Below are positions 27,645 to 36,034 of a stretch of DNA of 40,132 nucleotides, piece after piece. Source of the DNA: an uncultured Clostridia bacterium (GTDB lineage: Bacteria; Bacillota; Clostridia; Christensenellales; UBA1242); NCBI GenBank assembly GCA_944384475.1, contig CALWTN010000034.1, forward strand, positions 1 to 40,132, read 5' to 3'. Positions within the stretch are counted from its first letter, which is position 1; the number at the start of each line of letters is the position of its first letter. The notes beneath the pieces were generated by a model. It was not told where the DNA came from, made no database searches, and saw nothing but the letters and a program-made list of their open reading frames with translations. A program made the translations under genes and the position numbers.

Positions 27645-28959
27645 ACATCGATCTTTCCACCTCAAAACTTCTTGTATTGCTTTCAATTCTTATCGCTTCT
27701 TCTTCTCTTAACGCTTCATTAGCATTTGTAAAATTTGTATGCGCCGCCAAAGCATCCGCAATGTTTGCTTTTTTCATATTTTGCTCTTGGCGTTGTATTT
27801 GTTCCCACTCAACCAACAATTCTTGAACCAACAGCATGTCCTTTTGCACGTTTTGCTGCGGTGTGGTTGGCTGAGTCACAGTTGGACGGGCTGCGGCTGG
27901 TCTGCTCACCGCTGGCTGCGCCTTTTTTTCTGGCTCTTTTAAAGCTGCTTGTTCTTTTGATTTTGGCAAGCCTATCTTTAACGGGCCTTTATTTTTTTTG
28001 CCTTCTTTACCCAGCCTCTTTACAGCCGGTTTGTAATCCGGCGCTTTGCCTTTTGCTTTTGGAATAACAAACGAACTTTTACTGCCCGCACTTTTCCCAC
28101 CTTTTGAACTTATGCTTGGCTTAGAAATCGGTTTTGGCGCTTGAGCAGCATCCAACTTTTGTGAGATGATGTCAAATCTCTTCACAGGCTTTGTGAAAGA
28201 TTGAGAAACTTTTAAAAATGCTGGGTTTTCATTTACGAACGCATTAAATCCGCCAAATTTAATGATCAATGTGTCAAGGTCTTTTCTAAGCGAAGTAAAC
28301 ACGCCCGCTTTGTTTGGCTGTTTAATTTTTACTTCATAAATTTTGCTAAATTCGTCTAAAAGCTTGTGGCTTTGCTCGCCGCCCTCTTGCAGCATTCGCA
28401 TAACTTCTTTAATGTAAATTTCTGACTGGATTTCCACCACATAGTCACGTTCTGCTTTTTTTGCTTGCTGAATTTGAATAAACTCCTCAATTTTTTGAGA
28501 ATACTCATCCTCAAATTCATCAATTTCATTAAACAAATTAAACGCTTTTTTAACTTTTTCTTTAAAATCATCGCTATATTCGCTTACATATTGTGCAATG
28601 AATGAAGTGATTCCCTCGCTGTCTAATCGCTCTATCAAATACAAGTTTGCCACGCCTTGGCCATCTTCGCCCTGCCAATATTTGGTTTTAAAATTGAGGG
28701 TGATGTTTTTCAGTTCGCTTAAACCAACGTAGCCATTATTAGACACTTCGCTTATCAGTTTTTTAACTTTTATTAACGTTTTTTTGACATCTTCAGAAAT
28801 AACATACTTGCCCTCTGATGTGAAATCGCCAAGCAATTTGAACATATAAATATCGTCCACCTGACGCAAGCGATAATATTCCATCAGCGCAGGCTCTTGC
28901 AAAACTTCCTCGCTGCCAAAAACTTTAAGCGTAATTTTTTTCGGTCGTGTTTCTGCCAT
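27643..28959 (-). CDS. Hypothetical 438-aa protein: structured N-terminal half, Lys/Pro/Ala-rich disordered linker, coiled-coil-like C-terminus
   Basis: SD AGGTGA and its own consensus promoter. The linker region is AQAPKPISKPSISSKGGKSAGSKSS...KAQPAVSRPAAARPTVTQPTTPQQ. There is no TM segment or signal peptide. I recognise no family. Confidence 0.75.
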   Translation of the reverse strand: MAETRPKKITLKVFGSEEVLQEPALMEYYRLRQVDDIYMFKLLGDFTSEGKYVISEDVKKTLIKVKKLISEVSNNGYVGLSELKNITLNFKTKYWQGEDGQGVANLYLIERLDSEGITSFIAQYVSEYSDDFKEKVKKAFNLFNEIDEFEDEYSQKIEEFIQIQQAKKAERDYVVEIQSEIYIKEVMRMLQEGGEQSHKLLDEFSKIYEVKIKQPNKAGVFTSLRKDLDTLIIKFGGFNAFVNENPAFLKVSQSFTKPVKRFDIISQKLDAAQAPKPISKPSISSKGGKSAGSKSSFVIPKAKGKAPDYKPAVKRLGKEGKKNKGPLKIGLPKSKEQAALKEPEKKAQPAVSRPAAARPTVTQPTTPQQNVQKDMLLVQELLVEWEQIQRQEQNMKKANIADALAAHTNFTNANEALREEEAIRIESNTRSFEVERSM

Positions 28960-28974
28960 GTTTCACCTAAGCAA

Positions 28975-29003
28975 ATTATACTATATTTGCTTAATTATTG
29001 CAA
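28975..29003 (-). promoter_or_regulatory. Near-consensus sigma-A promoter of the 438-aa gene
   Basis: Minus strand: TTGCAA (28998-29003), 17 nt, TATAAT (28975-28980). Confidence 0.6.
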
Positions 29004-29016
29004 GAAAATTGCGAAA

Positions 29017-29328
29017 TTACTTTTTGATGAAAGTTTGGCAATACGCCCTGCCACGATAGTCATTAACAGTTATGCCGTTTGCCACGCATACGCCGTCATG
29101 ATTTAACAAACAATTTGCTTGGCAGCGTATTGTCATGGTTTTGGAATCTCGTTGCGGGGCAAATTGAGGTGTGCGCTCAAAAATGCTGACGCCTTTTTCA
29201 ACAGGCGGTTTTGAAGCGTCTTTTTGATACATCTTACACACGGCGTTTTTTGAAATATCCAAACTTTTTGCCTTGCAGGTGTAGCGGTCGTTAAATTTGC
29301 AATCAAGCCTTCTGCATCTTATATCCAT
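29017..29328 (-). CDS. Cys-rich protein with two DUF1540-like repeats
   Basis: 103 aa with SD AGGAGA. The two repeats are IRCRRLDCKFNDRYTCKAKSLDISKNAVCKMY and IRCQANCLLNHDGVCVANGITVNDYRGRAYCQTF. They fit the pattern I.C....C..N....C.A..I.V......C.tF that I recall for DUF1540. Confidence 0.5.
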   Translation of the reverse strand: MDIRCRRLDCKFNDRYTCKAKSLDISKNAVCKMYQKDASKPPVEKGVSIFERTPQFAPQRDSKTMTIRCQANCLLNHDGVCVANGITVNDYRGRAYCQTFIKK

Positions 29329-29362
29329 GTTTTTCTCCTGACAAATAGTTTTTACAATTTGT

Positions 29363-29391
29363 TTGACTTTTAACCAAATTATAGTTAAAAT
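29363..29391 (+). promoter_or_regulatory. Sigma-A promoter of rplI
   Basis: TTGACT (29363-29368), 17 nt, TAAAAT (29386-29391). SD AAGAGG precedes ATG 29410. Confidence 0.6.
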
Positions 29392-29409
29392 TTTATTTAA
29401 GAGGTAAAC

Positions 29410-29850
29410 ATGAAAGTTTTATTATTAAAAGATGTTAAAGGCTGCGGCAAAAAGGGCGAAATAAAAGAGGTTGCAAACGGCTATGGGCAAAACTTTTTGC
29501 TTAAAAATGGTTTAGCTCGCCTTGCCGACAACAGCGCACTGTCAATCAACAATCAGCGCATTTCGGCTGAGCAATATCATGCTCAGCAGGCTTTGCAAGC
29601 CGCCAAAGACGTAAAGCAAAAGTTGGATAAGTTGACGCTTGGCTTTGAAATCAAATGCGGCGAAAATGGCAAAAGCTTTGGCTCAATAACCAGCAAAGAG
29701 ATAAGCGAAAGGCTTGCAAGCCTCGGCTTTCAAATAGACAAGAAAAAGATCGACTGCTCTGCGCTTAAAGAAGTTGGAAGTTATAGCATCAGCATAAAAC
29801 TTCATCCGCAAGTTGTGGCAAAAATTACCGTGAAGGTGGAGGCAATATGA
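29410..29850 (+). CDS. rplI: 50S ribosomal protein L9
   Basis: 146 aa, [36 protein letters not shown], typical of L9. Confidence 0.95.
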   Translation: MKVLLLKDVKGCGKKGEIKEVANGYGQNFLLKNGLARLADNSALSINNQRISAEQYHAQQALQAAKDVKQKLDKLTLGFEIKCGENGKSFGSITSKEISERLASLGFQIDKKKIDCSALKEVGSYSISIKLHPQVVAKITVKVEAI

Positions 29851-30623
29851 TTCCTAAAATAATACACTACGTTTGGCTGGGCGGAAACAAAAAGCCCGAT
29901 TTGTTTTATAAATGCTTAGAAAGTTGGAAAAAGTATTGTCCTGACTACGAAATAAAAGAATGGAATGAAAGCAACTTTGATTTTTCAGCCAGCCGTTTTT
30001 CAACTGAGGCATATTCAAAGAAAAAATGGGGATTCGTGCCTGACTATATCCGTGCAAAAGTGCTTTATGACTACGGCGGAATATATCTCGACACAGACGT
30101 TGAACTTACAAAATCTTTTGATGAACTGCTAGATCAAGATTTCTTAATTTCATTTGAAAACGATGTCTATGTTGAAACCGCTGTGCTTGGCTCAGTGCCA
30201 GGGCATCCGTTTTTAAAAAGAATGTGCGACTTTTATTTAACCCACCCTTTTATTAAAAAGAACGGAAAACTGGATTTAACGCCATCCACTCCGCTTTGGA
30301 CATGCGTGCTGAAAAAACACTACAGCTTAAAGCTTAAAAATCAAACTCAAAAATTGTATGAAAAGGGCAACGATAAAAGCCCTAGCGTAACGGTGCTGAG
30401 CAGTGACTATTTTTGCCCAATCAACTACACCACAAAAACGATGACAAAAACTGACAACACGGTTGCAATTCATTATTTTGACGCATCGTGGTTTTCAAAA
30501 AAATTGAAAACACGTGAAAAGTTTTTAAGAGGGTTGTATAAAGTTCTGGGCAGAAAAACATTTGCCTTCTTCACAAAACAATATGTTAAAAGCGTTGAAA
30601 GAAAAATAAAAAAAGAAATTTAA
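29847..30623 (+). CDS. GT32-type glycosyltransferase (Gly_transf_sug / OCH1-like, DxD)
   Basis: 258 aa, [12 protein letters not shown]...[12 protein letters not shown]...[21 protein letters not shown]. Its ATG overlaps the rplI stop (ATGA). Confidence 0.8.
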   Translation: MIPKIIHYVWLGGNKKPDLFYKCLESWKKYCPDYEIKEWNESNFDFSASRFSTEAYSKKKWGFVPDYIRAKVLYDYGGIYLDTDVELTKSFDELLDQDFLISFENDVYVETAVLGSVPGHPFLKRMCDFYLTHPFIKKNGKLDLTPSTPLWTCVLKKHYSLKLKNQTQKLYEKGNDKSPSVTVLSSDYFCPINYTTKTMTKTDNTVAIHYFDASWFSKKLKTREKFLRGLYKVLGRKTFAFFTKQYVKSVERKIKKEI

Positions 30624-30651
30624 AAATATAAAAAAATATTTAAAAAAATGT

Positions 30652-30679
30652 AAAAAAAGTGGATTTTTTCCACTTTTTT
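30652..30679. terminator. Bidirectional terminator between the GT32 gene and prfA
   Basis: A7 / AGTGGA / TTTTT / TCCACT / T5. Confidence 0.7.
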
Positions 30680-31763
30680 ATTCGCTTTCTTGCAATTTTT
30701 GCGTTCTATCTTGCAAAATCAGCGCATCAATAAAAATGTCAATATCACCGTTTAACACGCCTTCCAAATCGTAAGATGAAACGTTTACACGGTGATCGGT
30801 TACTCTGCCTTGCGGATAGTTATAAGTGCGCACCCTTTCGCTTCTGTCTCCAGTGCCAACCTGCGCACGGCGGCTGTCTTTAAACTCCTTCTCTTTCTGC
30901 GACTGATAAAGTTCGTAAAGTTTACTTTGCAAAATACGCATCGCTTTTTCACGATTTTTGATTTGGCTGCGCTCGTCCTGACATGTAACCACTATGCCTG
31001 TTGGAAGGTGTGTAAGCCTTATCGCACTGTCGGTTTTGTTGATATGCTGGCCACCAGCACCGCTTGCACGATATGTATCCACCCTCAAGTCGCTGTCCAA
31101 AATTTCAAAATCAACTTCTTCAACTTCTGGCAACACTGCAACAGTGGCAGTGGAAGTGTGAATGCGCCCCTGCGACTCGGTTTCAGGCACACGCTGCACC
31201 CTGTGCACACCCGCTTCATATTTAAGCCTGCTGTATGCGCCCTTGCCTTGAACGATAAACGTCACTTCTTTTATTCCACCAAGCTCAGTTTCGTTGATGT
31301 CTGAAATTTCAATCTTCCAATGGTGCTTTTCTGCGTAATACGTATACATTCTTAAAAGTTCGGTGGCAAAAAGTGCGCTCTCTTCTCCGCCTGCCGCCGC
31401 ACGGATTTCCATAATGATATTGGCGTCATCATTCTCATCCTTTGGCAAAAGCAAAAACTTGATTTGCTCGCAAAGTTCTTCTATTGTTTTTTGCAAACTT
31501 TCACACTCTTCTTCAAACATGTGTTTTAATTCATGATCATGCTCGGCATCACGGTCTTTTTCGCACTGCGCAAGATCATTAAGCGCCTTTTCAAGTTGCT
31601 GAGAAGAAAGAACTATATCTTGCAGTGAGGCGTGTTCCTTTGCAAGCGCCCTCCACTTTTTATTGTCTGCAATAACAGAAGGTGATGAAATTAAATTTGA
31701 TAATTCATCACTTTTTTGCCTAATTTTCAATGTCTTTTGTAAAATTTCATTTGCGTTTGTCAT
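30678..31763 (-). CDS. prfA: Peptide chain release factor 1
   Basis: Start is taken at MTNANEIL (ATG 31763), giving 361 aa. Motifs: PET (VPETES as the PxT tripeptide), SGAGGQHINKTDSA (GGQ), YNYPQGRVTDHR. Confidence 0.95.
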   Translation of the reverse strand: MTNANEILQKTLKIRQKSDELSNLISSPSVIADNKKWRALAKEHASLQDIVLSSQQLEKALNDLAQCEKDRDAEHDHELKHMFEEECESLQKTIEELCEQIKFLLLPKDENDDANIIMEIRAAAGGEESALFATELLRMYTYYAEKHHWKIEISDINETELGGIKEVTFIVQGKGAYSRLKYEAGVHRVQRVPETESQGRIHTSTATVAVLPEVEEVDFEILDSDLRVDTYRASGAGGQHINKTDSAIRLTHLPTGIVVTCQDERSQIKNREKAMRILQSKLYELYQSQKEKEFKDSRRAQVGTGDRSERVRTYNYPQGRVTDHRVNVSSYDLEGVLNGDIDIFIDALILQDRTQKLQESE

Positions 31764-33459
31764 ATTTAGCCTTAACCACCCTAATAATTTTAGCATAATC
31801 TTTTTTTGACGAGATGTCAACAAATCCCGCTTGACTTAGCAATTTTTCAACATCTTTAAACTGCCCTTTGCCAATCTCCAAAAACAGCCAGCCGCCATTT
31901 TTGAGATGCATAGGCGCTTGCTCGGCAATAATCCTGTAAAATTTCAGCCCGTCCTCGCCGCCGTCCAGCGCAAGAGTCGGATCAAAATTTTTAACTTCAC
32001 CGTCAAGTCCAGATATATCCAGCGTTCGAATATATGGCGGATTTGAAACTATGATGTCAAACTTTCGCTTTTTAAGTTTATCAAACATGTCGCTTTCAAT
32101 AAACTCCACTTTTGCGTCATTTTTCTCGGCGTTAATTTTTGCAGTTTGCAAAGCGCCTTTTGAAACATCCACCGCCGCAACCTTTGCTTGCGAAAGTTTT
32201 GCGATGGTTACTGCAATCGCTCCGCTTCCTGTGCCTAAGTCCAAAACCTCCGCACCTTTTTTGCCATGCAACTCTTTTAAAACCTCTTCCACCAAAATTT
32301 CTGTTTCCATTCTTGGCGCAAGCACTTTTTTGTTGACGTCAAATTTTAGCCCGTAAAACTCCACAAATCCAAAGATGGCAGAAAGCGGCTTGCCAGAAGC
32401 GCGCATGGTGGCGGCTTTGATAATCTCACGAGCCTGTTTTGGCGTAAAGCTTTTCACAAGTTTTGCCTCCGCCCGTGACATGCCTAAAACAGTGGCAATA
32501 ATCCACTCCACATCGCTTTTTTGATATTTCCCTGCCTTTTCAAGTTCGGTTTGCATCTCTGCAAGCAAACTTGCAAACGGAACTTTGCCCTCTTCCATCT
32601 TATCTCCCACGCAAAGCACTGCCTCATTATACGCCACACGTGCAACCTCATCATGAGTTACGCTTGGTTTTGCACACACAAAAAAATTTGTAATCAGCCC
32701 AACTTTTCTCAGTATCGGCGTTCTGTCAAGCAGCCAGCATATTTCATAGCTCGTGCCACAGCAAAACAAAAAGATCGCAAGATTGATTAAAAAATTCCAG
32801 TGCGCGGCAATGCTTACACCCACACATGTTATCACAAACATCGCCAAAAGAAAAGTAAAAACTATCACATTCAGCGCATTTAATGGCGAGTAATAGTCCA
32901 AATTGCCCACCTTTTGACTGCTGCCGCCTCTTAACCTAACTTGGTTGCATGCGCCGTTAAATTTATACAAATCTTGCATGGCAGGAATAAATCGCAAGAT
33001 TAAAAGTATAAGGAAAAATAACGTCACCTTAACGAGCGCTATCAAAAAGTTGCGAAGTGCGAAATTCATGCTCATGCCAATGAAAACAAAAGAAAGTTTG
33101 GTTGGCAGGTAGCCAAAAATGATAAGCGCAATAATCAAACTTAAAAGCATTAAAAACGAAATCACAACGCTTTCTTTTTTGACGTTGAGTTTGCCTGCAA
33201 TCTTTTCGCTCAGTCCGTCACTTTGCACAGGTTGAGACGAAAGTTTACCGCTATCCCAAAAAGCACACAAAATTGCAATAATTGACGCAAAAAAGTAAGA
33301 AATTCCTCTAAAAATTGGAAAATTCCATAAAATTATTTTATTTTTTGTGCGTCCGCTTCTCAGCCTTTTTGCGCCACGCTCATCAATCACCGCCAGCGCA
33401 TAGCGCTTTTGATTTTGACAGCGCACCCCGATAGAACACGGAAAGAAAAAATATTTCAT
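31747..33459 (-). CDS. prmC: Fusion protein: DUF1385 membrane domain (N-terminal) plus release-factor glutamine N5-methyltransferase PrmC/HemK (C-terminal)
   Basis: 570 aa from ATG 33459. The N-terminal approx 290 aa has PIFRGISYFF and about 5 TM segments, typical of DUF1385. The C-terminal half has GKPLSAIFGFVEFYGLKF, LDLGTGSGAIA and IVSNPPYI (NPPY). The stop overlaps the prfA start by 17 nt. Confidence 0.85.
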   Translation of the reverse strand: MKYFFFPCSIGVRCQNQKRYALAVIDERGAKRLRSGRTKNKIILWNFPIFRGISYFFASIIAILCAFWDSGKLSSQPVQSDGLSEKIAGKLNVKKESVVISFLMLLSLIIALIIFGYLPTKLSFVFIGMSMNFALRNFLIALVKVTLFFLILLILRFIPAMQDLYKFNGACNQVRLRGGSSQKVGNLDYYSPLNALNVIVFTFLLAMFVITCVGVSIAAHWNFLINLAIFLFCCGTSYEICWLLDRTPILRKVGLITNFFVCAKPSVTHDEVARVAYNEAVLCVGDKMEEGKVPFASLLAEMQTELEKAGKYQKSDVEWIIATVLGMSRAEAKLVKSFTPKQAREIIKAATMRASGKPLSAIFGFVEFYGLKFDVNKKVLAPRMETEILVEEVLKELHGKKGAEVLDLGTGSGAIAVTIAKLSQAKVAAVDVSKGALQTAKINAEKNDAKVEFIESDMFDKLKKRKFDIIVSNPPYIRTLDISGLDGEVKNFDPTLALDGGEDGLKFYRIIAEQAPMHLKNGGWLFLEIGKGQFKDVEKLLSQAGFVDISSKKDYAKIIRVVKAKYDKRK

Positions 33460-33495
33460 GCCCAAATTATTGACAAAAATTTATGTTTTACACAA

Positions 33496-33519
33496 CAAAA
33501 AAACTCCCGTTGGGAGTTT
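33496..33519 (-). terminator. Rho-independent terminator after rpmE
   Basis: Minus strand: AACTCCC / AAC / GGGAGTT followed by T7. Confidence 0.8.
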
Positions 33520-33524
33520 TGTTT

Positions 33525-33731
33525 CTAGTCAAGACCGTATTTTTTCTTGAACTTGTCAACTGTTCCGCTGGCGTCAACGATCTTCTTCTTACCAGTGAAG
33601 AATGGGTGGCATTTGTTGCAAATGTCCACGCTGAGTTTGTCGCCTTTAACAGTTGAACGTGTTTTAAAAGTGTTGCCACATGCACATGTTACGGTTACTT
33701 CATGATAATCTGGATGAATATTTTCTTTCAT
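33525..33731 (-). CDS. rpmE: 50S ribosomal protein L31 (Zn-ribbon type)
   Basis: 68 aa, [22 protein letters not shown]...[11 protein letters not shown]. Confidence 0.96.
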   Translation of the reverse strand: MKENIHPDYHEVTVTCACGNTFKTRSTVKGDKLSVDICNKCHPFFTGKKKIVDASGTVDKFKKKYGLD

Positions 33732-33742
33732 TTTGTGCCTCC

Positions 33743-34000
33743 TTAGTCCCCAACAAATGGAAGAAGTGCCACGTTTCTTGCACGCTTAATTGCAAGTGCA
33801 AGTTTCCTTTGGTGATGAGAGCAAACGCCTGTTTGTCTTCTTGGCAAAATCTTTCCTTTCTCGGTTATGAATTTTTTAAGTTTAGCAACATCTTTGTAAT
33901 CAATTTCTTTTTCGCCAGCAACGCAGAATGCGCAAACTTTCTTTTTAGATGGCTTGCGGAATTTCTTTGCTGGTTTTTCTTCAACTTTAACTTCGCTCAT
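33743..34000 (-). CDS. rpsR: 30S ribosomal protein S18
   Basis: 85 aa, [49 protein letters not shown]. Confidence 0.96.
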   Translation of the reverse strand: MSEVKVEEKPAKKFRKPSKKKVCAFCVAGEKEIDYKDVAKLKKFITEKGKILPRRQTGVCSHHQRKLALAIKRARNVALLPFVGD

Positions 34001-34012
34001 TTTTCTCTCCTT

Positions 34013-34426
34013 TTAGAATGGAAGCGAGTCGTCATCGATAGGTTCAAGGTCTGCAACTGGTTTTGCCGGCTGTGATTTTGCAGCCACAGGTGCATCTCCA
34101 TCCTCTCTCTGTCTCGTTCCTACAAATTCTACATTGTCTGCAACAACTTCTGTTACATATCTTCTAGTTCCGTCCTGCGCTTCGTAAGAAGAGGTTTGAA
34201 TTCTTCCGTCCACTGCGCATTTGGAGCCTTTTTTCAAATATTTATGGCAGTTTTCTGCTTGCGCACGCCATACCACAACGTTGATGAAATCGGCATCTCT
34301 CTCGCCCTCGGCATTTTGAAATCTTCTTTGAACGGCGATTGTAAATCTGCAAACTGACACTCCGCCATTGGTGGTTGTAAGTTCTGGGTCTTTTGAAAGA
34401 TTTCCGATTAAAATAACTTTATTCAT
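34013..34426 (-). CDS. ssb: Single-stranded DNA-binding protein
   Basis: 137 aa, MNKVILIGNLSKDPEL...FTIAV OB fold, with an acidic C-terminal tip DDDSLPF. Confidence 0.96.
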   Translation of the reverse strand: MNKVILIGNLSKDPELTTTNGGVSVCRFTIAVQRRFQNAEGERDADFINVVVWRAQAENCHKYLKKGSKCAVDGRIQTSSYEAQDGTRRYVTEVVADNVEFVGTRQREDGDAPVAAKSQPAKPVADLEPIDDDSLPF

Positions 34427-34439
34427 GATTTTCTCCTAC

Positions 34440-34721
34440 TTAAATTCTAATAAATTGATGACGCATAATGCCATCGGTTATGTTCATAAGTTTGCTGATG
34501 GCGTCAACTTCTGTGGCTGGGATTTGCGCTTTAACAAGCACGTAAAAGCCTTCGGTTTTGAAATTGATTGGGTAGGCAAGTTTTTTCATACCCCACTTTT
34601 CAACGCCTTCAATATTTCCGCCTTTTGACGAAATGAGAGATTTAAACTTTTCAATGATTTGTTCCCTCTTTTCTTCGCTCACGTCAGGTGCAATGATGTA
34701 AAGCAACTCATATTTAGGCAT
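34440..34721 (-). CDS. rpsF: 30S ribosomal protein S6
   Basis: 93 aa, YELLYII.P....E......EKFK.LI...GG.I......WG.KKLAYPI. In the rpsF-ssb-rpsR context. Confidence 0.96.
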   Translation of the reverse strand: MPKYELLYIIAPDVSEEKREQIIEKFKSLISSKGGNIEGVEKWGMKKLAYPINFKTEGFYVLVKAQIPATEVDAISKLMNITDGIMRHQFIRI

Positions 34722-34821
34722 AACATTTTCCTCCTTTTGGACAAATTTGGCTCAACCCCATAGGCTGAGCAAGGATTTTTATCGACTGGCATAGTATAAC
34801 ACAAAAATTTTTGCAGCGCAA
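34722..34821 (-). promoter_or_regulatory. rpsF operon promoter plus 5'UTR hairpin (possible S6:S18-binding rpsF leader)
   Basis: Minus strand: TTGCGC (34816-34821), 17 nt, TGTTATACT (extended -10, 34793-34801). The leader hairpin is GCTCAGCC / UAUGG / GGUUGAGC (34750-34770). Its one non-Watson-Crick pair is G-U only on the minus-strand RNA and A-C on the plus strand. Confidence 0.45.
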
Positions 34822-35005
34822 GTGTTTTTGAAATATAAATTTTGGCACTAAACATTTAACATTGCCTTTTTAGATGATAAACTTTAAAAAAATTTAAAAT
34901 TATATTTAGATTTTTAATTTTTTAAAAGGAGAATTTGATATAATGGGAGTGTTTGAAACACAGTGATAAATTTGATTTTCCAACACCTTTTGGAGGATGG
35001 GTCAA

Positions 35006-35488
35006 ATGAAAAAATATGATATAGTCAAATTGGTGAATGAAAAGCCATACAAACAAAACAATTTGCAAAAAGATATGCGTGGCGTTGTGTTTAAAATACA
35101 AGACGGCGTTGATGTTTTATTCTTTAATAATCTAGATACGAAAGATTACGCAATTGTAAACATCAATGAAAATGATTTGATTGTCGAAAGCCAAACACTT
35201 CCCGAGCAATTACATCAAGAATTTCTAAAATTTGAAGAGAAGGTTTTAAACAACGCTAAAAATTTCTTAACAACTCCTCAAATTTCAGCCTATCAAATAG
35301 TTGAACTTTTGGTTGAAGACGAAAAATATGCTAAATTTGGCATTCACAAAGGCGACAAAGGATGTGTTATGAATGACAAAATCGTTGAAAACTGCATAGA
35401 AGTAGATTTTTCTGGAATAGACAAAAACGGCAATTATTATGGTGATTGCATTCCTGTAAAAATTAAAGATATTAAAATTGTGAAATAA
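35006..35488 (+). CDS. Protein with two tandem DUF4926-like small beta domains
   Basis: Start is taken at ATG 35006 (GGAGG, 9 nt, ATG), giving 160 aa. The halves YDIVKLVNEKPYKQNNLQKDMRGVVFKIQDGVDVLFFNNLDTKDYAIVNINENDLIV and YQIVELLVEDEKYAKFGIHKGDKGCVMNDKIVENCIEVDFSGIDKNGNYYGDCIPVKIKDIKIV both fit my recollection of DUF4926 (D.V.L.......gl..G..G.IV......a..VEF.d..G........v....l). The segment is visibly AT-rich. Confidence 0.55.
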   Translation: MKKYDIVKLVNEKPYKQNNLQKDMRGVVFKIQDGVDVLFFNNLDTKDYAIVNINENDLIVESQTLPEQLHQEFLKFEEKVLNNAKNFLTTPQISAYQIVELLVEDEKYAKFGIHKGDKGCVMNDKIVENCIEVDFSGIDKNGNYYGDCIPVKIKDIKIVK

Positions 35489-35514
35489 AGAGTTGCTATT
35501 GCAACTCTTTTTTA
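35489..35514 (+). terminator. Rho-independent terminator of the DUF4926-like gene
   Basis: GAGTTGC / TATT / GCAACTC followed by T6. Confidence 0.8.
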
Positions 35515-35547
35515 TCCTTCTAAACCCAATAAACCTTCTCATTTTTT

Positions 35548-35610
35548 AATCTTGGAGTCAAATTTTCATGAGGCAAAGGCTGCGCCTGTTCATGAAAATT
35601 TGCGAACCCC
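35548..35610. repeat. 63-nt repeat module, copy A (contains a 13+3-bp hairpin)
   Basis: 62/63 identical to 35920-35982 by hand alignment. Internal hairpin is CAAATTTTCATGA(GGC) ... (GCC)tgTCATGAAAATTTG at 35559-35602. Confidence 0.9.
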
Positions 35611-35682
35611 ATATTCTCTCTGCGAGAGAATGCGACTTCGGCAGGCTCACCCTTGCAAGCAAGTTCGCCTTTCTCGTCTAAT

Positions 35683-35713
35683 GCGCCAGGCGAGTCCAGA
35701 GGCGAGCCCAGCG
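35683..35713. repeat. 31-nt repeat module, copy A
   Basis: GCGCCAGGCGAGTCCAGAGGCGAGCCCAGCG is identical to 35989-36019. Confidence 0.9.
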
Positions 35714-35919
35714 AGCCTATTAAAAACATCCACTTTAAGTTGCGGCAAAATCGCCAGCGTTAGCGCGATTTTCGTCTGGCCGCAAGAAGAAAATTTCAAG
35801 CGTCAGGGCGCAGCTTTTCGGACAAAGTCCGAAAACAAGCAAACAGCGCAGAAATTTTCTGGGTTGCCCCCCACTCTAAACAATCAAATATGACTAAGCA
35901 GAAAGATATGCTTTGATAA

Positions 35920-35982
35920 AATCTCGGAGTCAAATTTTCATGAGGCAAAGGCTGCGCCTGTTCATGAAAATTTGCGAACCCC
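35920..35982. repeat. 63-nt repeat module, copy B
   Basis: See copy A. The single difference is T/C at the sixth base of the module. Confidence 0.9.
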
Positions 35983-35988
35983 TTGCCA

Positions 35989-36019
35989 GCGCCAGGCGAG
36001 TCCAGAGGCGAGCCCAGCG
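35989..36019. repeat. 31-nt repeat module, copy B
   Basis: Identical to 35683-35713. Here it lies only 6 nt after the 63-nt module, versus 72 nt in copy A. Confidence 0.9.
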
Positions 36020-36034
36020 GGGCGGAAAGAGGTT

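Noticed and set aside
35520-35893. ORF-track entries 35552-35893 (+, 113 aa) and 35520-35729 (-, 69 aa) inside the repeat region.
   Set aside because: They have no SD, non-ATG or weak starts and Arg/Ala/Pro/Ser-rich nonsense-like sequence. They run straight through hairpins and repeat modules. The second repeat copy is not in a conserved reading frame.
35548-36019. Possible CRISPR array or tRNA/tmRNA/RNase P/SRP RNA gene in the GC-rich repeats.
   Set aside because: There are only two repeat copies, with unequal bipartite spacing and no cas genes. I could not find a T-loop GGTTCGAnTCC with a matching stem, a CCA-ended acceptor, a GAGGAAAGTCC P4 core or an SRP GGAA motif.
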